Below, one piece after another: positions 25,001 to 35,408 of a DNA stretch of 64,000 nt. Made by a program: the position numbers and the translations under genes. Below the pieces are notes generated by a model. It was not told the DNA's origin, did not search any database, and saw only the letters and a list, made by a program, of their open reading frames with translations. Source of the DNA: Rhizophagus irregularis (lineage: Eukaryota); NCBI RefSeq assembly GCF_026210795.1, contig NC_089433.1:1488001-1552000 (forward strand), written 5' to 3'. Position 1 is the stretch's first letter, and each line of letters starts with the position of its first letter.

Positions 25001-27694
25001 TCCTTATACCGAAACTTGAATACCGGATGCAAGTTACTCACTTATCTGAATCTGACTGTCACCTAATAACGAGAAGTATACGATTTGTTGTAAAGCATAA
25101 AGCAAACTTTTCTCTTTCTTTACCCAATTCCATTTTATTTTTGTCTTATGCCTTGGGCTTGATTAATTTGTTTGCTCATCAACGACAATGTCATATTACT
25201 AATTTATTTTTAATGGCTAATTCTTCTTCTGTTTTTATTCAATCTCTTTTTATTTATAGATTGAGTTTAATTCAATATAATTTTTTGATTCCTATTTCTC
25301 CCCTTTTAATTAAAGATTGGTCTATATGGTCTTCTCTATTTTCTTTCAAGAAAGATTATATCGCATGCACTATTGCTCTCTTGTCTTCTACTCCTTTTCG
25401 TTTGCTTCATACTCAACTATCGAAGCTTCCGAATTTGTCCTTGTTAGATGGACGCGTTCCTTTATTTGAATGCATGACGCCTAAAGCCTTTAAAGCCTAT
25501 TTTCCCATCCTGCGTAAACAACAACTGTTTTATTTATCTCAGCTTCGTTACTCCCCAAGGAACTCATTTAATTTCCTGGAAGGCTTACTATGACAATTTG
25601 GTATGACGATGTGGCCCTGGCCGTATCCCTTATTGGTACAAAGATATTCAACAAGCTACCACTATTCCTGACTCCAATAATCGTTTCCTGGATCAGTTTA
25701 ATTTTACGCCTACGATTGACTCTTCCTTTTATGATTTGACTCCTTGTTTATCTTCTCCTCCTACTACAAAAAATTGGATTGTCACGTTGGACGATTATGG
25801 TTCTCCCATTTTTGGCAAACAACTTTTAGTCCAAGCTAGTCGTGGTACTTGTTCTATTGTTCACTGGATTTCTCCTGATTGTGAATCTTCACCTGGTGAT
25901 CTCATCAGACTTTCTCCTTGCCCTGGTTGCGCTGCTCACATTCCTCTGCCTCCTTTCAAAAAACGGAATGCTGATTTAACCCTTTGTACACCTAAGGTCT
26001 CTCTACAACATTCGCTTATTCTGCCCACTACCAATGAGCGGATTAAACGTACTACTTCTGAAGTGACTTCCTCTTTTACTTGGGCTGATATAGAAGATGG
26101 TGTCCGTCTTTATTGTAGTAGATTGGAATTTGATTTTAATTCTTCTCCAGCAGATACCGTTGTAACTTCCGTTACTCCTGTTACTATTGAATCATCGGCT
26201 GCTGCTGTTTTTGCTAACTCCCCGTTGGTCATTTCTTCAGACTCGTGTTACATCTTTTTCACTGATGGGTCTCTTATTAATTTAGACACTCCCGATGTTT
26301 CTATGGGCTGGTCTTGGATGCAAATAGTCCCTGATGCAGGCTTTCCCAACTCCATCGCCACTTATGCTCACGGTCTTATTCGTGATAATCCTTCTTCTTC
26401 TCGTGCTGAAGCTGCTGCTATTTACGCTGTTTTAACTATCTTTCCTCGTGATTCTGAAGTCACTATTTATACTGACTCGCAAACTGCCATTGATGGCCTT
26501 CGAAGTTGTTTTTCCTCTATCTACTCAAATAGTCATTTGTACTATAAAACCACAAATTTTGAACTTTGGGCTATTATCGAGCGAACCATCCTCTCTAAAA
26601 ATTTGACTGTCCTTCCCGTCAAAGTTAAAGCTCATTCTGGCAATTATTTAAACGATTTTGCTGATTCCTTGACCAATACTGCTCATACTGCGTCATCCAG
26701 TATTTTGATCTCTGGAATGGACCTGGCCTCTGCCCATGATTTTGTCTTAATTTATGACAATGATGTTGTCTGTGAATCTAATCCGTGACACCTTCTAAAA
26801 CAATACTATCAAACGCAGTTAATGCGCGATTTGTTAAACTTAACGCGCTTTCACTTTATTTCTTTATTATCAACTAATATAGATTATATTGTTGACTGGG
26901 AACTTACTTGGTTCACTCTAAATTTCAAGCCCTCCCATGACGCGTCCTTTGCTCCTGAGCACGCTTCAAGACACCTTACCTTTAAATTCAAACTTTTCTT
27001 GGATGATTTGCCTACATTGGAAAAGCTTAAACGGACCCGACCAGACTTATACATGGACGAATTAACTTGCCGTTCTTGTATCGACTGCATGGAAGACCTG
27101 ATGCACCTTTTTATGTGCAAAAAACGACGTCTGCCTATGCAACAAATTCTCCAATCTTATCAAAATCATTTGATTTCCAAACTTCTGGAAGCGAGTAATT
27201 TGGCTGATATTGATCCTACTCCATTTATAGCTAAACTTACTTCTCTTTCATGCTGGTCCTTTTCTTCTACAAACTGGTCCTCCTTCGCCTTTATCCGTGG
27301 TTGCTTACCCAAACTCTTCATCGACTTATTTGTTGATCTATCCATTCCAAGAACTTCTGCGATTAAAGTTATCGCTGCTATTCATAACAATTTTGTCCAG
27401 AAATTCAGAAGACGAATCTGGAATCCGCGTTCTTATGAGAAAAGTAAATGGGAAAACGCGATGAACATTACCTATAAGTTGAAAACTACTCCGAAGCCAT
27501 CTAATCTGCCATTGTCGACGTACATACCTTACTCATCTTTACCACCTCCGACCCTACACGTTTCACGTGACTCCAGAACCGATTGGTTGAAGAACTCGAT
27601 GAAATATGGTTTGCCTTGGTTTAATCACTTTTCGGGTTTTATGGGTCGTCTAACGGTGCTACTTAATAACAGCTTTTGCAGGATGGAGTGTTAA
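22075..27694 (+). pseudogene. LINE C ORF2 (APE-RT-RNase H-Cys/His), disrupted
   Basis: ORFs of 177, 975, 350 and 290 aa carrying the same motifs; CRSC..EDLMHLFMC at the C-terminus. Confidence 0.93.
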
Positions 27695-27978
27695 TTTTTA
27701 TAGTGGGCGCGCTATTCGTTATTTTGTTAGCATAGTTGCTTCTACTTTGGTTGGAATATATCAAGGGGGAAGATCTGGGGAAATTTAGTGTAATGCGATT
27801 TTTCTTTTTTAGATTAATTTTTTTTACTTTATTTTTTCTTGGGAGACTATATAGCTTTGTTTTTAGTTAGTTTTATTTTTATATATCTTTCTTTTTATTT
27901 TTGTAAATTGTAAAAGTTCGAATAATTTTAATAAAGATAAAGGCTACTATGCCACGTTTGCCTGGTTTTTGACCAGTG

Positions 27979-30900
27979 GCTGTATACTGTTTCTCCACCT
28001 GCCTCAGAATCACTCCATGTTTCTATACTGTAGATCAAAAGGCTGCGCGCCATCAATACGTCGCCACTCTCATTCAGCTTCCCCCTAATGTTAAGGATAT
28101 CAACTTGGCTCCTCTTACTCGTAATCTTGGCGCCAAAGCTGTTAATGTGCCACTTTCTCTAAACTCTTACAAACCCAAAAGATGGGCTTTACGTCACCTT
28201 CAACTCCCAAGAAACCATGGATGCTGCTATAGAACAAACTATTAGCTTCCAAGGCCATGTACTTTTCTGGTCCTCCCCAAATAATACTAATAAACTTTGT
28301 CACAGATGTGACAAATTAGGTTGCGCCCCGAATTTCTGCCCACTTAAACAAACTAAAGGTAGAAGTCGCACTCGCGACCCTGTTGCAAAACTCAAAGAAC
28401 GTTTTAATGTTAATCAACCTCGCCGCTCCAATTCAAAGACTGCTAATGCACGTTCTCGCTCCCGATCTCACTCCAAATCTAAAGATCGATCTGCTTCCAA
28501 TTCTGGACGTGATAACAACATTCCCCATGATCGCACTAATAATGATAAAAATCATAACAAACCCGCTCCCTATATCTCCCAACGTGCCCGCCATAATAGC
28601 AAAGAACGATCGGTCTCCTTTTCTTCCTCCTCTCGTTCTACAGCACGTCTTTCGCCCTGACAAACTCCTAACTCTGCATTATCTCCTGATGATGCTAATA
28701 ACATTCTAAACCTTTTGCGTGAATTACAATGTGAAGTAGCCAACTTTCACAAACGCATCTCCGCTTTTGAACTTGCTGACCAACGGATGTCTCGTATTGA
28801 ATTACACCTTGGCCTCGATCCACTTCCTTCGCCTAATGAGCCTGACCCGGATCTCATGCAAGAAGATGCCCCTGTTACTCATGTTCCGCTTAATATTCAG
28901 TCTTCCGCTAAATCTTCTTTGCCCCCCAAAAGTATTTTAACGTGACCTTCGCCTACAATCACTATTGTTCCTCACACGTCGCTCCCTCCTTCTCACCTTT
29001 CTCCAAATGCTCCTCCTTTTACCCCTCTCTCCTCCACGCAAGAAGAAATTAACGATCTCAAAAATAGTAGAGTCGTTATTGAAAGTAAATTGGACCAACT
29101 TACTGGTCATATCAAACAATTCATTGGCTCCCTTGGTGGTGCTCCCCTGGAACAAGCTGATTCAGCTTCTTCTGTTTAATTTTCTTCTTTAAATTTTAAC
29201 TCCCCGACCGTTTTTATCACTGTGTTTTAATGTCAGACAATAATTTTAATTATGACACCTTTGTACGAAACCCTCCCAACCCCGATAATGTTACGGAAAT
29301 TTTTTCACATGAATCGTTATTTTCTTCCTCTAGTAACACTTCTCCTATTCCCAACTCATTCAATATTTCCTCCTTTAATGTTAATGGCCTTAAAATGCAT
29401 GGTCAAACTAAATTAGATGAAATTTCTACTTTCTTTTCCTTGAAACATATTTCTTTTGGTGGTATCGTTGATACTCATCTTCACCCTAAACAAATGAAGT
29501 TTTTATCCAAGCGCATTTCTAATTATATTGTATTCTCTTCTAATTTGGATACTTCTAAACAAATTCTTTCTTCTGGTGGTGTTTCTCTTTTTATAGAAAA
29601 TTCTTTTGCTTCACATGTACAAGATTTTCAATCCCATTCTTCACGTTTGCTTTCTGTTGATTTATATTTTAAAGGCAATGTTAAATTGCGTATATTCGTT
29701 ATTTATATCCCTCCCCCTGCTGAAAGTGTTTTGCGCACTGACACTATTGATTTGCTTATTCAACAACTTACCCTTACTAAACAAGCTGGTTTTTACCATG
29801 CTGTTTGTGGCGATTTTAATATGCATTTAGATAAATATTATCCTATTTACTTTAATCAACCTCAAATTGCTTCAAAACATATTCACCGATTATTTTTTCA
29901 TCTCCTTTCTCATGGATATGAAAACTATACTCCTATTAATCTTTCCAACTTCTTAGGTACTTTTCATCGCAATGACCAAATTACTCGCGTTGATTATGTA
30001 TGGTCCTGCCCTCTTCTCAAAGGATTCGCTCTTACTGCCTGCATCTTTGACGCTCAAGACATTTGCACATCTGATCATAACTCTGTTATCACATACTATG
30101 ATATGTCTTTACTTTTTGCCTCTACCAAATTGGCTCGCACTCGACAACTTAAGCGCCAAACCCGTCGCGTCTTCAAATTTGATTCTGTAACTGATATTCA
30201 ATGGACGGAATTCGCTGTCAAAACTGATGCTTTATGTGATGTTTCACCTTCAACCTTTTCCTCCTGGCATATCAACCAAATGTGCGAATATCTTCAATCA
30301 CGAATCCTCAAAGCTGGCAATGCTACTTTACCTTCTTCTATAATTGGTAACAATTATACTCCTAAGGTCCCTAAAGATCTGGAAGTTTTAACTCAACATT
30401 ATCGGTTTTTAAATCGCCTGATGCATTCGATACGTATATTGCGCAAACATCCTTCAACTTATTCTGCTGCCCATGAACATAAGTGGTCTATTCATTTGAT
30501 TAGACTTCAAAACATATTACAATTATATAAGAATGTATTCACTTTCATTCCTATTTTGCCCTCTTCTCTTTTATCATGTCGACAAGATAACTTCAAATTA
30601 CTTCTTGATGATTTATCTACTATTTCAAAATCCTTACGAGGATTTCAGTTGCTTCAAGAAAAAGAATTCCAAGACTCCTCCATCTGTGCTCACTTGGACG
30701 ATAGAAATAATAATTTTGAAACTGACCTTTCTTCCTTTATCGATTCAGCGCTCTCACGCACCCGTCGCTGTATCACCTTGGACCGTGTCTTTATCGACCA
30801 TCCTACTCAACCCCAGTTGTTAACTGATCCTAAGGACGTAGATGATGCTGTTGTTAACCATTTCCAAAACTTTGTACCTATAAAATCCACTTCCCCTGTA

Positions 30901-33900
30901 TCTATCAACACATTACCTGATAGATGGTCTTCTGCCTATCAACCTATGGATGATGTGTCCTCCTCTATCTACGATTCTTTAATGAATCCCCCTACCTTTG
31001 ACGAATGGTTATCCACCGTTTCTTCCACTCCTAACGGTAAAGCCTCTGGTCCTTCCATGATTACCTATGAAATGCTCAAACATCTTGGTACCCGCACCTC
31101 GGCTCTGCTACTTATTTTAATTCAAACATGCCTTTCCAAAGCTGATATTCCCGATTTATGGAGACAAGCAATGGTTTTTCCCATCCCCAAACCTCACGAA
31201 TGGAAATGTCAATTAAAAAATACTCGTCCTATTACTTTACTCGAAGTGATTAGAAAATCCCTTGTCAAACTTTTTTATAATCGCCTTTCTACTATTATGG
31301 CTTCACATGATGTTCTTAAAGGTGGTAACTTCGCTGGTCTTCCTGGTGGTTCTTGCCACGACCCTATCATTACTCTAAAATCTATTATCCATGATGCTGA
31401 TATCAACAAAAATCCACTTTGGATTCTTTCCCAAGATATTTCTAAAGCTTTTGACTTGGTCGATCTGACTATGTTACGTTTTGCTCTAGAACGTATCCGT
31501 TTTCCAGCTTCCGCTGTTAAGTTTATCCTTTCACTTTTCACGAAACGCACTAATCGCGTTTTCACTGCTCATGGATCTACGCCTGCTTATAGGGTTCGCA
31601 TCGGTATTGACCAAGGCGAAGTTATTTCTCCTCTTTTATGGGTTATTTATATTGATCCCTTACTTACTGTTTTGAAGCATGAAATGATGGACCCTTATGT
31701 TCTTTCTACACTGTCTTTAATTGATTCTCCAAATCTTTCTCCTGATTTGATGATTAATAACTTAGTATTTATAGATGACTCTACTCTTATCTCCTCGTCG
31801 AAAGCTGGCATGGAATTTATGCTATCCATTACTGAAGAATTTTATCAGATCAATAACACTTCTGCCAATCATAACAAATATGTGTTAATTACTAATTCAT
31901 TGCCTTTGACTTCGAATTCCACTTTATCTCCTATTACTTTTAATTTGGATTTATCCTCCTTAAATAGTGTTCCTTCCATTACTATTACCCCAATTTCCAT
32001 GACAACTTCTTTTCATTTTTTAGGTGTTTGGTTTAATATTAAAAGCTCCCGGGACTTTGTCAAAAAGCAACTCAAACGCGAATGCTGCTCGTTCGCTGCA
32101 ACCATCCGCCCCGCAAAGCTCTCTTCCAAACAAGTTGTGTATTTACATAATGCTGTTCTTATACCGAAACTAGAATACCGGATGCAAGTTACTCACTTGT
32201 CTGAATCTGACTGCCGCCTAATAACGAAAAGTATACGATCTGTTGTGAAGCATAAAGCAAATTTTTCTCGTTCTTTACCCAATCCCATTTTATTTTTGTC
32301 TCAAGCCTTGGGCTTAATTAATTTGTTTGCTCATCAATGTCAACGTCATATTACCAATTTATTTTTAATGGCTAATTCTTCTTCTTCTTTTATTCAATAT
32401 CTTTTTATTTATAGATTGTGTTTAATTCAATATAATTTTTTGTTCCCTATTTCTCCTCTTTTAATTAAGGATTGGTCTATATGGTCTTCTTTATTTTCTT
32501 TTAAGAAAGATTATATCGCTTGCACTATTGCTCTCTTAACTTCTACTTCTTTTCGTTTGCTTCATATTCAACTTTCGAAGTTTCCGAACCTATCCTTGTT
32601 AGATGGACGCGTTCCTTTATTTGAATGCATGACACCTAAGGCCTTTAAAGCCTATTTCCCTATTTTGCGAAAATGACAATTGTTTTATCTATCTCAGCTT
32701 GTTACTCCCCAAGGATCTCATTTAATTTCCTGGAAGGCTTACTATGACAATTTGGTTGGGCGACGTGGCCCTGGCCGTATCCCTTTTTGGTACAAAGATA
32801 TTCAACAAGTTACCACTGTTCCTGACTCCAATAATCGTCTGCTGGATCATTTTATTATTATGCATACGAATGACTCTTCATTTTATGAATTGGCTCCTTG
32901 CCTATCCTCTCCTCTCACTACAAAAAATTGGATTGTCACGTTGGACGATTATGGTTCTCCCATCTTTGGCAAACAACTTTTGGTCCAAGCAAGTCATGGT
33001 ACTTGTTCTATTGTTCACTGGATTTCTCCTGAATGTGAATCTTCGCCTGGTGATCTTATTAGACTTTCTCCTTGCCCCGGTTGCGCTGCTCATACTCCTT
33101 TGCCTCCTTCCAAAAAACGGAATGCTGATTTAACCCTTTGTACGCTCACGATCTCTCTACACCATTCGCTTATTCTGCCCACTACTAATGAGCGAATTAG
33201 ACGTACTACTTCTGAAGTGACTTCCCCCTTTACTTGGGGTGATATAGAAGATGGTGTCCGTCTTTATTATAGTAGATTGGATTTTGATTCTGATTCCCCT
33301 TCTACTGATACCGTCGTAGCTCCTGCTACTCCTGTCACTATTGAATCCTCAGCTGCTGCTGTTTTTGCAAAATCCCCGTTGGTCATGTCTTCGGACTCGC
33401 ATTACATCTTTTTCACTGATGGATCTCTTATTAATTTAGGCGCTCCTGATGTTTCTATGGGCTGGTCCTGGATGCAAATTGTTCCTGATGCAGGTTTTCC
33501 TAACTCCATTGCCACTTATACTCACGGCCTTATTCGAGATAATCCTTCTTCTTCTCGAGCTGAAGCTGCCGCTATTTACGCAGTTTTAACCATCTCTCCT
33601 CGCGACTCAGATGTTACTATTTATACTGACTCGCAGACTGCCATTGACGGCCTTCGAAGTTGTTCTTCCTATGTGTACTCAAATAGCCGCCTTTACTACA
33701 AAACAACAAATTTTGAACTTTAGGCTATTATTGAATGAACCATCCTTTCCAAAAATTTGACAGTTTTTCCTGTTAAAGTCAAAGCTCACTCTGGCAACTA
33801 TTTAAATGATTTTGCTGATTCCTTGACCAACATTGCTCATACTGCGTCATCCAGTATTTTGATTTCTGGCATGGACCTTGCTTCTGCCCATGATTTTGTC

Positions 33901-35114
33901 TTAATTTATGACAATGATGTCGTCTGTGAATCTAATCCGCAACACCTTCTCAAACAATATTATCAAACGCAATTAATGCGTGATTTGTTAAATTTAACGC
34001 GATTTCACTTTACCTCTTTATTGTCATCTAATATAGATTATATTGTTGACTGGGAACTTACTTGGTTTACTTTAAATTTTAAGCCCTCTCATGATGCATC
34101 TTTTACTTCTGAACACGCTTCAAGACACCTAACCTTTAAATTCAAACTTTTCTTGGATGATTTGCCTACATTGGAAAAGCTTAAACAGACCCGACCAGAC
34201 TTATACATGGACGAATTAACTTGCCGTTCTTGTATCGACTGCATGGAAGACCTGATGCACCTTTTTATGTGCAAAAGACGACGTCTACCTATGCAACAAA
34301 TTCTCCGATCTTATCAAAAACATTTGATTTCCAAAATTCTGGAAGCAGGAAATTTGGCTGATATTGATCCTACTCCATTTATTGCTAAACTCACTTCTCT
34401 TTCTTGCTGGTCCTTTTCTTCTACAAATTGGTCCTCCTATGCCCTTGCCCGTGGTTGTTTACCCAAACTCTTCGTCGACTTATTTGTCGATTTATCCATT
34501 CCAGGAATTTCTGCGATAAAGGTTATCGCTGCTATTCATAACAATTTTGTTCAGAAATTCAGAAAACGAATTTGGAATCCGCGTTCTTATGAGAAAAGTA
34601 AATGGGAAAACGCGATGAACATTACCTATAAGTTGAAAACTACTCCGAAGCCATCTAATTTGCCTTTGTCAGTGTACATACCTTACTCATCTTTACCACC
34701 TCCGACCCTACACGATTCACGTGACTCCGGAACTGATTGGTTGAAGAACTCGATGAAATATGGATTGCCTTGGTTTAATCACTTTTCGGGTTTTATGGGT
34801 CGTCTAACGGTGCTACTTAATAACAGCTTTTGCAGGATGGAGTGTCGACTTTTATAGTGGGTGCGCTATTCGTTATTTCGTTAGCATAGTTGCTTCTACT
34901 TTGGTTGGAATATATCAAGGGGGAAGATCTGGGGAAATTTAGTGTAATGCGATTTTTCTTTTTTAGATTAATTTTTTACTTTATTTTTTCTTAGGAGACT
35001 ATATAGCTTTGTTTTTAGTTAATTTTATTTTTATATTTTTCCTTTTAATTTTTTGTATATTGTAAAATTCGAATAAATTTAATAAAGATAAAGGCTACTA
35101 TGCCACGTTTGCCT
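27979..35114 (+). mobile_element. LINE copy D, 5'-truncated within ORF1 (~7.1 kb)
   Basis: Begins at ORF1 AVYCFSTCLRI directly after the target motif; same 3' UTR. Confidence 0.95.
29230..34857 (+). pseudogene. LINE D ORF2, single frame (~1875 codons) broken only by nonsense codons
   Basis: ORFs starting at 29230, 32680 and 33757 share one frame; stops at 32674, 33721 and ~33736. Confidence 0.93.
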
Positions 35115-35408
35115 GGTTTTTGACCAGTGCTATAAGTTTGGCCTGAGTTAAAAAATTGTAACTTTAAAATTTGAGCATCATTCTTAATTATGTCTGGAAT
35201 TGGATTTTTTTCTATAATCATATTCACATTATACATAATATATTCAAGAAATTTTGGAAATTTTGGACTTGGAATTAAGTATAGTGCGAGCCAGAGTTAG
35301 ATTTTGGCCTGCATTATAATCCACTAATTACATATATGTACCGATATTTCAATGTACCGATACTTTTTTCCCAAACCGGAAGCATCAGTATATCGAAGTT
35401 TGACTGTA

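Larger units (their letters stand above)
19748..27963 (+). mobile_element. LINE copy C, full length (~8.2 kb)
   Basis: 5' end AACTCTCTCCTGAATTTTTC matches A; ORF1 + ORF2; 3' end GCCACGTTTGCCT followed by the target motif. Confidence 0.95.
8536..35129. mobile_element. Composite block with CACTA termini: MITE expanded by five retroelement insertions in its TIRs
   Basis: Starts CACTAGTCAAAAACC, ends GGTTTTTGACCAGTG; 3-bp TSD CTA at 8533-8535 and 35130-35132. Confidence 0.88.
8310..35406. mobile_element. pogo/Tc1-like MITE (~500 bp; arms 8310-8535 and 35133-35406) split by a 26.6-kb nested insertion
   Basis: TA|CAGTCAAACTTCGAT at 8310 and ATCGAAGTTTGACTG|TA at 35406; the joined arms align with the inverted relative at 35409-37009. 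Confidence 0.88.

Noticed and set aside
32674..32676. Programmed read-through at the TGA shared by copies A and D
   Set aside because: Copy C has CAA here; independent decay of an ancestral CGA explains it
10531..34274. Many short antisense or alternate-frame ORFs repeated between LINE copies
   Set aside because: Shadows of ORF1/ORF2; they recur only because the copies are similar
8536..35129. Assembly artefact or recent segmental inverted duplication
   Set aside because: Copies differ at many sites, have distinct 5' truncations and junctions, and the block has a clean TSD with a paralogous empty site
8536..35129. LTR/DIRS retrotransposon, or telomeric HeT-A/TART-like array
   Set aside because: No integrase, tyrosine recombinase or LTRs; APE-RT layout is non-LTR; the array is interstitial and its 3' ends point outward
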